DNA of 64,000 nt from Myxococcota bacterium (GCA_965223415.1 OZ245002.1:384001-448000), one strand, 5' to 3'. Positions 9,123-18,658 are shown, numbered from the stretch's first letter. The notes: generated by a model not told the origin, from the sequence alone. A program made the numbers and translations.

Positions 9123-10153
9123 AGCTCGGGCTCGCACTTCCCTGGGCGAACCCTCGGGTGCAGGTGCCCGTCGAACGCGTACGCCTCGCGGAGCGGCTGG
9201 GCTTCGACTCGGTGTGGACCGCAGAGATCTACGGCCAGGACGCGATCACGCCCCTGGCCTTCCTGGCGGCCCAGACCGAGCGCATCCGTCTGGGCACCGC
9301 CGTGATCCAGGCCGCGGCGCGCACGCCGGCCGCCACGGCGCTCGCCATGGCCACCGTCGACCAGCTCGCCGGCGGCGGCCGCGCGATCATCGGCATCGGC
9401 CTCTCGGGCCCGCAGATCGTCGAGGGCTGGTACGGCCAGCCCTGGGGTCGGCCGAACGCGCGGCTGCGGGACTATGTGACGATCCTGCGCAAGATCCTCC
9501 GGCGCGAGGGACCGGTCCTGCACGACGGGTCCGAGATCGCCCTGCCCTACCGGGGCCCGGGGTCGAGCGGGATGGGCAAGCCCCTCAAGTCGGTGCTCCA
9601 CACGAACCCGGACATCCCGATCTACCTGGGCACCGGCCAGGAGGCGAACGTCAAGCTGACGGCGGAGCTCGCCGACGGCTGGCTTCCCATGGGCTACAAC
9701 GCGGAGACCCGTCACGTCTACGACCCGTGGATCGAGGAGGGGCTCGAACGCGCCGGCAAGCGCCGGGAGGACTTCGAGATCCAGGCCGGCTGCCAGGTGA
9801 TCCTCACCGACGACGTGGCTGCGGCCCTGGGGAGCCTGAAGCCCTTCGTGGGGCTCTACGTCGGCGGCATGGGCCACGAGAAGAAGAACTTCCACAAGGA
9901 GATGATGATCCGCCGCGGCTTCCCGGAAGCGGCGGAGCGGATCCAGGAGCTCTTCCTTTCGGGGCGCAAGGCCGAGGCTGTCGCCGCGGTGCCGGACGAG
10001 TACGTGGACCAGGGGGCGCTGGTCGGGCCGAAGGCTCGCATCGCCGAGCGGTTCCGCGAGTGGCAGGACCTGGGTGTCGCCGGTCTCACCCTGCACACGG
10101 AGCAGGACGAGGCGCTCGCGCTGATGGCGGAGCTGGCCGGCTTCCCCCGGTGA
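9119..10153 (+). CDS. LLM-class F420-dependent oxidoreductase
   Basis: ATGA coupling; SVWTAEIYGQDA, GIGLSGPQIVEGWYG, LYVGGMG..KNFH. Confidence 0.9.
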   Translation: MKLGLALPWANPRVQVPVERVRLAERLGFDSVWTAEIYGQDAITPLAFLAAQTERIRLGTAVIQAAARTPAATALAMATVDQLAGGGRAIIGIGLSGPQIVEGWYGQPWGRPNARLRDYVTILRKILRREGPVLHDGSEIALPYRGPGSSGMGKPLKSVLHTNPDIPIYLGTGQEANVKLTAELADGWLPMGYNAETRHVYDPWIEEGLERAGKRREDFEIQAGCQVILTDDVAAALGSLKPFVGLYVGGMGHEKKNFHKEMMIRRGFPEAAERIQELFLSGRKAEAVAAVPDEYVDQGALVGPKARIAERFREWQDLGVAGLTLHTEQDEALALMAELAGFPR

Positions 10154-10175
10154 CTAACGTCGCTCTCGGCAGTGC

Positions 10176-10463
10176 CTAGCGTCGCTTGCGGCGATGCCGG
10201 AGGCCCGCCAGGACGAGCCCGGCGCCCAGGCCGAACACGGCGGCGGCTCCGGGCTCGGGAACGGCCGGCGCGGGGGCGGGAGCGGTGGGCGCCGCCGCGA
10301 GTGGACCGGCCGGCTGCGCCTCGGTCACGACGATGCTGCGCCGCGAGCGGCGCTGGACGTCGGAGTCGTCGCAGTCGGCGGCGCCCAGGGGCAGACAGAG
10401 GAGCGCCAGCGCGAGGACCCGAGGGGTCGACGAGCGAGCGGGGGATCTTTCGGAGCGGGGCAT
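10176..10463 (-). CDS. Very short PEP-CTERM (exosortase target) protein, 95 aa
   Basis: Signal-like LALALLCLPLGAADC; C-terminal VPEPG, TM helix and basic tail RHRRKRR; GAGGAG RBS. Confidence 0.8.
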   Translation of the reverse strand: MPRSERSPARSSTPRVLALALLCLPLGAADCDDSDVQRRSRRSIVVTEAQPAGPLAAAPTAPAPAPAVPEPGAAAVFGLGAGLVLAGLRHRRKRR

Positions 10464-10499
10464 GGGGATCTCCTCGCGCGGCCTTGCACCGCGTTGCGC

Positions 10500-10515
10500 T
10501 GCAGGTTCCGTGCCC
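10500..10515 (-). promoter_or_regulatory. sigma54 (-24/-12) promoter for the PEP-CTERM gene
   Basis: Minus strand GGGCACGGAACCTGCA = GG-N10-GC, close to consensus TGGCAC-N5-TTGC. Confidence 0.65.
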
Positions 10516-10667
10516 GCGGCCGCGATTTCCGGATTTTGCGCGGTCGTGCGCGAGCCTTGCCGCGACGGTTGCCGCCGTTCTGCCGGAGGGTGAGCCGGAT
10601 GGGAAGGGAAGAGGGCTTCCCACATTGGGCAAGCCGCCACGCCGCCCCGGTTCGTTAGCATCCGGCC

Positions 10668-11297
10668 ATGACCACGCGCGCCGTGCTCTTCGACTTCGGG
10701 GGCGTCTTCACGGACTCTCCCTTCGGCGCCCTCGACGTGCTGGGCGCGAAGCTCGGCGCCGACCCGGCCGTGCTGATGGAGGTGGTCTTCGGCCCGTACC
10801 ACGAAGACACGGATCATCCCTGGCACCGTCTCGAGCGGGGCGAGATCGAGCTGATGCATGCACGGGAGGAGATCCTCGCCTTGGGCCGCGAGCGCGGCGT
10901 GGAGGCGGATCCCTTCCAGCTGTTCGCGGTGATGGGCAGCAGCCAGGGCGCTCGCGAAGCGTTGGTGGGCCGCGTGGAGCGCCTGCGCGCCGGCGAGATC
11001 CGCACCGCCCTCGTCACCAACAACGCCCGGGAGTTCCGCGAGGGCTGGCGGAGCCTCCTGCCCGTGGACGAGCTCTTCGACGTCGTCGTCGACTCGAGCG
11101 AGGTGGGCGTGCGCAAGCCCGACCCGCGCATCTTCCGCCTCACCCTGGAGCGGCTGGGCGGCCTCTCTCCCGCGGAGACCCTCTTTCTCGACGACTTCGA
11201 GAGCAACGTCCGCGCCGCCGAGGCCCTGGGCATCCGCGGCGTGCTCGTCGAGCCCGACCCCACCTCCGCCCTCGCCGCCCTCGACGCCCTCCTCTAG
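10668..11297 (+). CDS. HAD-family phosphatase (epoxide hydrolase N-terminal-like)
   Basis: LFDFGGV motif I, VTNN, RKPDPRIF, FLDD motif IV. Confidence 0.92.
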   Translation: MTTRAVLFDFGGVFTDSPFGALDVLGAKLGADPAVLMEVVFGPYHEDTDHPWHRLERGEIELMHAREEILALGRERGVEADPFQLFAVMGSSQGAREALVGRVERLRAGEIRTALVTNNAREFREGWRSLLPVDELFDVVVDSSEVGVRKPDPRIFRLTLERLGGLSPAETLFLDDFESNVRAAEALGIRGVLVEPDPTSALAALDALL

Positions 11298-11301
11298 AAA
11301 A

Positions 11302-11384
11302 CGCAAGAGCGGGGACGTTCCTTGCAACTTTCACTTTCGCGGGTATCGAGAACGCAAGTTGCAAGGAACGTCCCCACTCTTGCG
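11302..11384. repeat. REP-doublet (REPIN-like) inverted repeat no. 1
   Basis: 29-bp arms 11302-11330 and 11356-11384 with 1 mismatch; core GGGGACGTTCCTT / AAGGAACGTCCCC; lies between convergent stops. Confidence 0.85.
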
Positions 11385-11388
11385 GTTT

Positions 11389-13059
11389 TCAGGGGCTGGG
11401 GGTCTGGGGCGGCCAGTCGCGCTTCATCGGGCTGGTCTTCATCTTCGGGGGGACGCGGCGGCCGGAGAGGATCTCGCGGATCTCGCTGAGGGCCGCGAAG
11501 AGCTCACGGCCGGAGGGCGAGGCAAAGGACTCCGGGGTCTCGAGGCGGAGGGCGGCCCGCTCGAGGCGCCAGAACCCCTCGGTCACGGGGGAGGGCTGGT
11601 CGTCCTGGACGTGGCCGTCCTCGCCCAGACGCTCGGCGTAGGCGCGAAGCTGGCGAAGGGCGTTCTCCCGATCGAGGAGCACCACGTCGAACACGCCCTC
11701 TTCACTGTGGTAGGGGCGCTTCAGGAAGGACTGCCGGAAGCGGTAGCGCCAGCGGCCGATCTCTTCCGGGGTGAAGGAGACCGCCCAGGTGTACTCGCCC
11801 CGATAGATCGCCGGCACCTCGAACCGCTCGCCGCTCGGCGCGGTGAAGAGGAAGGGCACCTCCTGGGTATCCGGCGGCGCCGTCCGAACCCACGTGTCGC
11901 GCACGACGGTTTCGAAGGGCTGGCCGAGCTCGAGAGGGTCCCGAGCCGCCAGCACCCGGACCTCCGCCCAACGCCAGCCGCGCCCGGAGAGATCCAGCGG
12001 ATGCTCCGCCGGTGCCCACCCCGAGGCGCGGTCGCCGTTTCCGCCCCGCACCTGGAGGGTGACCGGGCCCGAGCCCGGCTCGGGCTCGAAGCTCACCGCG
12101 AGGCCCGTGGCGTCGCCGATCTCCAGGCGCGGCAGCCGGAGCTGGCGATCGGCCTCGAGATGCAGCCGACGGCGCTCGGTGCGGGCGGCCGGCGCTTCCC
12201 AGGCGAGCTCGAGCACCGGTCGTCGCGCGACGTTCCGATCGTCGCCGTGGTTGGCGGTGTAGAGATAGAGCAGGCTCCCCGCCACGTCTTCCAGCGCATC
12301 GGAGAGCTTCAGCAGGAAGCGCAGGGGCTCGCGCGCACGCACCTGCTGCTCCACGTAGGCCCGCAGCCCCTCGCCTTCGAAGCGGAGCTCCTCCTGCTCG
12401 GGCTCCCACCGAGCCTCGGACAGGGCCGTCACCGGGGTATCGGCCTGGGGATGGTCCTCGGAGGCGAAGCCCACGCCCGGCAGTCCCCAGGCCCGCTCGG
12501 CGTGACGAGCCTCCACCCACCACACCTCGCCCGGGCGCGGCGGCGAGGTGTTGTCCGCCTGGGTCCCGCCCCCTCCGGGCTCCCAGTCCGGGTTCACCGC
12601 GTACAGCATCACGTCGAGGGGCTGCTCCGGACCGTCCTCGATCCCCAGCACCAGCCCTGCCGAGCGCACCCGGGCGTCCGCGGGCAGTACGATCCCGTCC
12701 CAGCGCTGGAGCGTGCGGAAGAGCTCGGTCTCGCCAAAGCGCCCGCTGGTCGGACGTCGCCCGACCCGGGAGTGGATCTGCCCGGGTTGGTTCCAGCCGT
12801 AGACGAAGCGACCGTCGAGGAAGCCGCGCAGGTCGTTGTCCTCGACGCCCGGGTAGTGCGGCCCCCGCACCCAGCGGTGACGGTGGCCGACGGCATCGCC
12901 TCTCGCGCCCCCGCCGTGGAGCGCGACGCGGAGCGTGCCGCGGGCCGAGGGCATGTCCGGCCACTCCCTTGCCTGGGTCTCCTCCGCCGGCGGCGGCTCG
13001 CAGGCGGCGAGTGTGCACGCCGCCAGGACGGTCAGCAGGGCGATGCGCAGCGCCGGCAC
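11389..13059 (-). CDS. Large lipoprotein; DNRLRE-like N-terminal half and DUF5060-like C-terminal domain
   Basis: Lipobox LAAC; FTAPSG...PAIY.G..TWAVSFTPEEIGRWRY resembles DUF5060; domain calls are from memory of motifs. Confidence 0.6.
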   Translation of the reverse strand: MPALRIALLTVLAACTLAACEPPPAEETQAREWPDMPSARGTLRVALHGGGARGDAVGHRHRWVRGPHYPGVEDNDLRGFLDGRFVYGWNQPGQIHSRVGRRPTSGRFGETELFRTLQRWDGIVLPADARVRSAGLVLGIEDGPEQPLDVMLYAVNPDWEPGGGGTQADNTSPPRPGEVWWVEARHAERAWGLPGVGFASEDHPQADTPVTALSEARWEPEQEELRFEGEGLRAYVEQQVRAREPLRFLLKLSDALEDVAGSLLYLYTANHGDDRNVARRPVLELAWEAPAARTERRRLHLEADRQLRLPRLEIGDATGLAVSFEPEPGSGPVTLQVRGGNGDRASGWAPAEHPLDLSGRGWRWAEVRVLAARDPLELGQPFETVVRDTWVRTAPPDTQEVPFLFTAPSGERFEVPAIYRGEYTWAVSFTPEEIGRWRYRFRQSFLKRPYHSEEGVFDVVLLDRENALRQLRAYAERLGEDGHVQDDQPSPVTEGFWRLERAALRLETPESFASPSGRELFAALSEIREILSGRRVPPKMKTSPMKRDWPPQTPSP

Positions 13060-13060
13060 C

Positions 13061-13855
13061 TCAGTACCCGGGCGTGCCCTTGATCTTCTTGCCCGCCGTG
13101 TTCCCGCTGTCGACGCGGAAGTCCGCCCCGGTGCAGGACAGGCTCTCGTCGGAGGCGAGAAAGAGGATCATCTGCGCGATGTCGCGAACCCGATCTTCGA
13201 CGCTGCGCTCCCGTTGATAGGCGAGGAAGGGATGCGAATACGCCTGGGCGACGGCCGGATCCACGCCTTCGAAGACGTAGGGAGCCATCATCTCCGTGCT
13301 GCCCTGCTCGGGGCAGACCGCGTTCACGCGGATCCCGAAGCGCCCCAGCTCGAGGGCGGCCACCCGGGTGAGGCCGCGCAGCGCCCACTTGCTCGAGGCG
13401 TAGGCGGTCTCGCCGTTCTTCGCCGAGACGCCGTCCACCGAGCAGACGTTCACGATCGAGCCGCCGCGGGCCTCCCGGAGAGCCGGCGCGGCCGCGCGCA
13501 TGCCGAGGAAGGGGCCGATCTGGTTGACGCGGATCACGCGTTCGTAGTCGGCGAGACTCGTCTCCTCGAGAGCGGCCAGTAGCAGGATTCCAGCGTTGTT
13601 CACCAGCACCTGGAGCCCGCCGAAGTGCCCTCGGGTCGCCTCGACGGCCCGCGACCAATCGGCCTCCGAGGTGACGTCGAGGCGCTGGAAGACGGCGGCG
13701 TCCCCGAGCGCCTTCGCGGTCTCGCGCCCGCCTTCCTCGTCGACGTCCGCCACCGCGACCCGGGCCCCCTCTTCCACGAAGAGGCGCGCCGTCATCGCTC
13801 CGGTTCCCCTCGCCGCCCCGGTGACGATCGCGACCTTTCCGTCGAGGCGTCCCAT
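13061..13855 (-). CDS. SDR (3-alpha/20-beta-hydroxysteroid dehydrogenase-like)
   Basis: TGAARGTG, LDVTSEADW, NNAG, YASSKWALRG. Confidence 0.92.
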   Translation of the reverse strand: MGRLDGKVAIVTGAARGTGAMTARLFVEEGARVAVADVDEEGGRETAKALGDAAVFQRLDVTSEADWSRAVEATRGHFGGLQVLVNNAGILLLAALEETSLADYERVIRVNQIGPFLGMRAAAPALREARGGSIVNVCSVDGVSAKNGETAYASSKWALRGLTRVAALELGRFGIRVNAVCPEQGSTEMMAPYVFEGVDPAVAQAYSHPFLAYQRERSVEDRVRDIAQMILFLASDESLSCTGADFRVDSGNTAGKKIKGTPGY

Positions 13856-13859
13856 CGGC

Positions 13860-14300
13860 CTAGAAGAGAACGGCGTCGAGGGAGATCGCGCCGGGTCCGG
13901 TCAGGAAGAAGACGAAGCAGATGGCGGCCAGGTTGATCGTGTACTCAGCGCCCGGCGGATCGTTCGTGATCAGGTAGCCGGCGCCCTTGTGGCCCACCAC
14001 GCCAGCCACCGCCATCGTGAAGATCAGGAGCAGACAGGCGGGACGCATCAGGAACCCGGTGGTGAGGGCCAGACCGCCCGCGATCTCGGAGGCCATCGCC
14101 ATGCGGGCCTGGAACTCGGGGGCGGGCATGCCGAGGCTCTTCAGCCAGTCCGCGAAGCCCGCCAGGTTTCCGCTACCGACCACGCCGAGCTTGCCGAGGC
14201 CGTGGACGACGAAGCACACGCCGATGAAGGCCCGCGCGATGAAGAGCCCGAGATCGATCAGGCCGGGCGTCGTCGAGGTGAGTAGCGGGCCTAGGTCCAT
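13860..14300 (-). CDS. DoxX family membrane protein
   Basis: ARAFIGVCFVVHGLGK, E..GG, GAEY, GPGAISLD. Confidence 0.9.
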   Translation of the reverse strand: MDLGPLLTSTTPGLIDLGLFIARAFIGVCFVVHGLGKLGVVGSGNLAGFADWLKSLGMPAPEFQARMAMASEIAGGLALTTGFLMRPACLLLIFTMAVAGVVGHKGAGYLITNDPPGAEYTINLAAICFVFFLTGPGAISLDAVLF

Positions 14301-14346
14301 CGGCATCCTCCCTGGGCCACATGTTCTACCACAGCCCCGGTCCGGG

Positions 14347-15603
14347 TCAGGAACTTCCGCCGAGAAGACACGGATCCGCCGGCTGGGGCGAGCCCGCCGG
14401 GAGGATCCGGAACCGCTGCGTCCCGAGCCCGTCGATGGCGCCGTGGACCAGGTCACCGGCTTGGAGGTAGCCACCGGGCTCGCCGCGGGTCGCCCGCGCG
14501 ACCTCCTCGACCCTTGCCTGCTCGAGGGGACCGCGCAGGTTCACGAGGCTTCGCAGCACGAGGGGGAAGATCGACGGCGCACGCAGCGCGACGCCTTCCG
14601 GCGTGCCGGTGAGGAGGATCGTGCCGGCCGGCAGGTGATGGCCACCGTCCGCCGACGGCAATGCGAGGAGGTCGTAGCGCTCTCCCCCGTTCAGCCTGCG
14701 CGCCATCGGCGTGCGCGGCCCCCCTTCGGCCACCTGCGCCGCGATCCGGGCCAGCAGCACCGCCGGCTCGAGGATCATGAGCTCCGTGGTCGCTTCCTGA
14801 CGCCGATCGGGTCCGCCCCCCTCGTCCACGTCGAGGCGCAGCCCGAGCCCCTTCCCGCCACATCGCTCGAGCGCCGCGAACAGCTCGCGGCCCCGCACCA
14901 TCCACGGCCCCATCGGCAGAAAGCCGGGCTGGCCCTTCGCCTTGACGAAGCCCGTCCCGAGTCCCGAGACCGATGCCTCCCGGATGATCGCTTCGCGATC
15001 GGACACGTCGTTCGTGACGAAGTACGCCCCGCGCTCCCGCAGTGCTGGCGTGTCCGGCAGTGCATCCAGGGGGACGTCTTCGAGGAGAACGAGGCCCAGC
15101 TCGACCTCCCAATCCAGCAGCGTCACCCCGGCCGGCGGCGCCACGACACCGTAGGGCGACGTGGGTGAAGCCGGCTTGGGAAAGAGAAAGACGTCGCCGC
15201 CGCCGGCTTCGTCGGCATGAGCCGCGTAGTTGAGCCCCGCGGCGATGATCACGGCCTCTTCCCCGTCGATGCGCGACTGCGCCACGCCGACCGGTGGACA
15301 GATCCGGGCGGGCGCGGACTCCGCGGTCAGCTCCCAGACGTCTTCTCCGGCGGTGCCGGCGGCGGCCAGCTCGAAGACCTGGGGGAGCGGGGTTTCGATG
15401 GGGGCAAGGGGAATGAGAGCGCGGGGCTCGCCGTCTTCGGTCTCCACGACGAGGACGTAGGTGGGCTCGCCATCGGGGGAGAGGGCGCGGGTGACGCGGG
15501 GGAGGGGTTGGGAGGTGAGGCAGGCGTCGAGGTCGGAGGCGGAGGCTCCGGCCGGGAGGAGGAGCGCGGCGGTGAGAAGAGGGGTGATGAGGTGCTTGGA
15601 CAT
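14347..15603 (-). CDS. Fumarylacetoacetate-hydrolase family protein with signal peptide
   Basis: GLNYAAHADE, FPKP, LDWEVELG, NDVSDR, K..PGFLPMGP, LTGTPEGV; N-terminal Sec signal ending ASA. Confidence 0.85.
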   Translation of the reverse strand: MSKHLITPLLTAALLLPAGASASDLDACLTSQPLPRVTRALSPDGEPTYVLVVETEDGEPRALIPLAPIETPLPQVFELAAAGTAGEDVWELTAESAPARICPPVGVAQSRIDGEEAVIIAAGLNYAAHADEAGGGDVFLFPKPASPTSPYGVVAPPAGVTLLDWEVELGLVLLEDVPLDALPDTPALRERGAYFVTNDVSDREAIIREASVSGLGTGFVKAKGQPGFLPMGPWMVRGRELFAALERCGGKGLGLRLDVDEGGGPDRRQEATTELMILEPAVLLARIAAQVAEGGPRTPMARRLNGGERYDLLALPSADGGHHLPAGTILLTGTPEGVALRAPSIFPLVLRSLVNLRGPLEQARVEEVARATRGEPGGYLQAGDLVHGAIDGLGTQRFRILPAGSPQPADPCLLGGSS

Positions 15604-15833
15604 GGGCGGAGTAGGTTAGCGTGGGAGGTAGCTGATGGGTGCGCGGACGGGGTGGCGCAGGCTTGGGATGAGTTGGGATGGGGGCGCGTACGGGTTGGAT
15701 CGCGGCTTCCTTCTCTCCTGCGCGACGCGGGAACGTCGCGGCCGATCGGGGCGCGGGCCCTTGCCGGGGTTGCTCCTCATGTTGGCCGGCTGGTTGACAT
15801 GCGGACAGAGCATCGCCGAACCTCAACACTGTC

Positions 15834-16292
15834 ATGCGTAGGGAGCTGAAGCAGCTTCCATTGCCCACCTGGGCTGGCACGCGACGCCGGGCCGGGCGGA
15901 AGCCGGGGCCGAGCCCGAACGTGCCCCATCTGCGACGGGGAAAGCTGGCCTCACGCTATCCGTGTCACCTCACGCTCAAGGTGCGGGACGACGTGCCCTC
16001 CCTCCGCATTGCGAAGCTCGTGCACGAGGTCGAGCGGTCCTTCGCGAAGGCCTGTGACCGCGGGGACTTCCGGCTCGTGCACTACTCGATCCAGGGGATC
16101 ACGTCCACCTGATCGTGGAGGCGAACGGCTTCGAGGCGCTCGGACGGGGGATGAAGTCGTTGGGAGCGCGGCTGGCCCGAGCCGTGAACCGGGTCTTCTC
16201 GCGACGGGGCCGGTCCTGAAGGACCGGTACCACCACGCCGTGCTGAAGACGCCGAACCAGGTGCGGAACGCGCTCCGCTACGTGCTCCTGGA
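15834..16292 (+). pseudogene. Decayed HUH/Y1 transposase (RAYT / IS200-like)
   Basis: Three frames join as ...PCHLTLK...FRLVHYSIQG/DHVHLIVEA...GMKSLGARLARAVNRVFSRRG/PVLKDRYHHAVLKTPNQVRNALRYVLL; HVH and catalytic Tyr present; frameshifts near 16094-16097 and 16206-16210; C-terminus lost. Confidence 0.85.
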
Positions 16293-16358
16293 CGGATCCC
16301 CGCCTCCCAACCGGCCTCCCTCTCGAAGCAGGGCCGGCAAAGGCATCGCGCGCGCCGC

Positions 16359-18650
16359 TCACCCCCCGACCCGAGCCACCCCCGACACCTTCTCGTCTTC
16401 CTCCTCCGGCACCTCACCCGCGAAGTCGAGGAAGATCGGGGACGACCAGGCCCTGGGTTCGTGCTCGGCGAGGCAGTCGTCGCTGGCGGGCTGGTCGCTG
16501 CAGAGGTGGACGGAGACGCAGTCCCCGGTGTCGTCGAAGGTGCAGCGGACGCCACCTGCGTTGATGGCCAGGGCGGGGGCTTCGTAGGCGCGGGCGTAGT
16601 AGACACTCTCGCGGGCGGTGCGGGTGAAGCTCCGGTCTTCGAAGGTGACGGCGCAGCCGGAGGCGTCGGGCTCGCACTCGAAGGTCCGCCACGGGTCGTC
16701 GATGAGGGTGGCGGGATCCTCGTCGGGGGTCTCCTGGGGGCGCACGCGGACGATCTCGATGCGGGTGATCGGGCGGCGTGTGTCCGAGGGGTGGTAGCAC
16801 TCGCGCTTGCACAGGCGGTCGAGGCGCTCCGGGCCGAGCGCCCGGACGGCGGCGTCGGGACAGCCGGGCTGCTGCTCGAAGGAGCCGACGGCGCGCACCT
16901 GGAAGATCGGGTTGCCCTCCATCGCCACCTCGCTTCCCATGGGCGCGGAACGGCCCGTGGAGCCCGGCGGGTTCAGCAGGTCGAACCACAGCAGGAGCCG
17001 CGGCCCGGTGGTGGCGTAGACCTCCTTGCGCTCCAGCGCCTTCCAAATGGCGGGCCGGTCGCGGCCGGCGGCGTGAACGGCGACGAGCCCGCCGGTCTGG
17101 AAGAAGGAGAGCTGGCGCTCCATCTCGCGCCGCTGGAAGCCCGCAAGGCCGCGCGCCGCCTCGTCCGCGGGGCGTGACTCCGCCGCTGGCGGCTCCTCCG
17201 GCGGCTGGAAGAGGCGCACCAGCGGGCCCACCGGGGGCCCGGTCGACTCGGTCATCCCGGGCCGCGCCACCTCCTTGTAGCCGCTGCCGGCGCGGGCGGA
17301 GTGGTTGTCGCTGGACCCGATGAAGCCCATGCGGTAGCGGCCGGGCGAAGCGTCCGGCTCGTCGAAGTTGCCGAGGGCGAGCAGGTACTGGGCGGAGCCG
17401 CCCGGGCGGTAGTTGAAGGAGGGCTGGTCGCAGTCGCGGCATTGGCCGGCGTCGAGCCACTCCGCAGCGCTCGCACCCGGGACGGTGAGGTGGGCGACGG
17501 GGCCCGCGTCCGCGGCGTGGGCTCGCGCGGTGGTCGCTCGCTCCTCGCATTCGTCGGCGGCGAGCCCGGCCGTGAGACATCGCGCCCGGATGATCTCGCC
17601 GGCACGCCAGCAGGTCGGCAGGTAGTCCGGGCTGGGCTCCGGACACATCGCCTCCCCGTTCTCGTCGTACACGACGGCGCGGAAGCTGCGATAGACGTCG
17701 CCGTCGCCGTGGCCCGAGTAGATCTCCAGGAGCATCTGCCGATCCGGATCGTGCTGATCGCCCTCGAGCTGTCGGTCCCAGGCCGCCCCCGGCGGCGTGC
17801 CGAAGCCCCAGGTGGTGCCGTGGGGGATGACCAGGGAGGCGACCCCCCACTCGGCGAGCTTGCCGAAGAGCTCGGCCGGTGTGGGGGCGACTTCCGTGCA
17901 GTCCGGCGACAGGTCGCGGGTCGGCATGCCCTCGGGACACACGGTGAGGGCGGCTCGCTCGCTCACGTCGTTGGCCAGGTCGTGGAGACGCGAGTGACGG
18001 AAGCGCAGGGCGAGCAGGCCGCGGGCGAGGAGCGGCGCCCCACCGGCGGGCGGGCGGGCGGCGATCGGCCGGGCGGGGATCGCCTCCTCGGCGAGGCCGC
18101 GGAGGATCACGTTCTTGTGCCCGTAGTGCTCCTCGGCCGTGGCGCCCACTTGGGTCCACTCCCAGCCCAGGAAGGGCACCAGGTCCGGCGCCGCCGCATC
18201 GCCGGCCGCCGCGTCGCACTGGCGGAGGGAGTCGATCGTCTCCTGCCAGTGGAGGGGCGTGAGGCCCTCGGCGTGGTCGTTGATCGAGAAGAAATCCAGC
18301 GCCGAGCAGTGGCGAGCGAAGTCGCAGGCGTCCGCCGGGGGATGGGCCCCCTCTCCCAGCAGCCCGGGCAGGCTCAGCAGGAAGGCGTCGGAGGAGAAGG
18401 TCGTGTGGACGTGGAGATCGCCGAAGAGCACCTGCTTCGGCCGCGGCACGCCGATGTCGTCCGCCGCGGCGGCCACCCGCGCCGTCGCGGCGGCGACCAC
18501 CTCGGCGCTGCGCCGCGGCCCCACGATCTCCCCGGGCCCCTCGTGTCGGCCGAACGCCCCGCGGCCCGCCGCTACGACCAGGGCGATGGCGATCCCCACG
18601 AAAGCGAGGACGACGGCGAGGAGGCCTGCGACCAGCCGTTTCCCGGACAT
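16359..18650 (-). CDS. DUF3604 domain protein (PHP-like metallohydrolase), copy 2
   Basis: N-terminal TM; FGDLHVHTTFS.DA, DFFSINDHA, IPHG, SSDNH, RAWSSPI. Confidence 0.88.
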   Translation of the reverse strand: MSGKRLVAGLLAVVLAFVGIAIALVVAAGRGAFGRHEGPGEIVGPRRSAEVVAAATARVAAAADDIGVPRPKQVLFGDLHVHTTFSSDAFLLSLPGLLGEGAHPPADACDFARHCSALDFFSINDHAEGLTPLHWQETIDSLRQCDAAAGDAAAPDLVPFLGWEWTQVGATAEEHYGHKNVILRGLAEEAIPARPIAARPPAGGAPLLARGLLALRFRHSRLHDLANDVSERAALTVCPEGMPTRDLSPDCTEVAPTPAELFGKLAEWGVASLVIPHGTTWGFGTPPGAAWDRQLEGDQHDPDRQMLLEIYSGHGDGDVYRSFRAVVYDENGEAMCPEPSPDYLPTCWRAGEIIRARCLTAGLAADECEERATTARAHAADAGPVAHLTVPGASAAEWLDAGQCRDCDQPSFNYRPGGSAQYLLALGNFDEPDASPGRYRMGFIGSSDNHSARAGSGYKEVARPGMTESTGPPVGPLVRLFQPPEEPPAAESRPADEAARGLAGFQRREMERQLSFFQTGGLVAVHAAGRDRPAIWKALERKEVYATTGPRLLLWFDLLNPPGSTGRSAPMGSEVAMEGNPIFQVRAVGSFEQQPGCPDAAVRALGPERLDRLCKRECYHPSDTRRPITRIEIVRVRPQETPDEDPATLIDDPWRTFECEPDASGCAVTFEDRSFTRTARESVYYARAYEAPALAINAGGVRCTFDDTGDCVSVHLCSDQPASDDCLAEHEPRAWSSPIFLDFAGEVPEEEDEKVSGVARVGG

Positions 18651-18658
18651 GATCTGCC

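Noticed and set aside
11302..11384. Palindromes as MITEs of the IS at 40339-42005
   Set aside because: Arms share no similarity with the IS terminal repeat CTACTTCCCGTCC.
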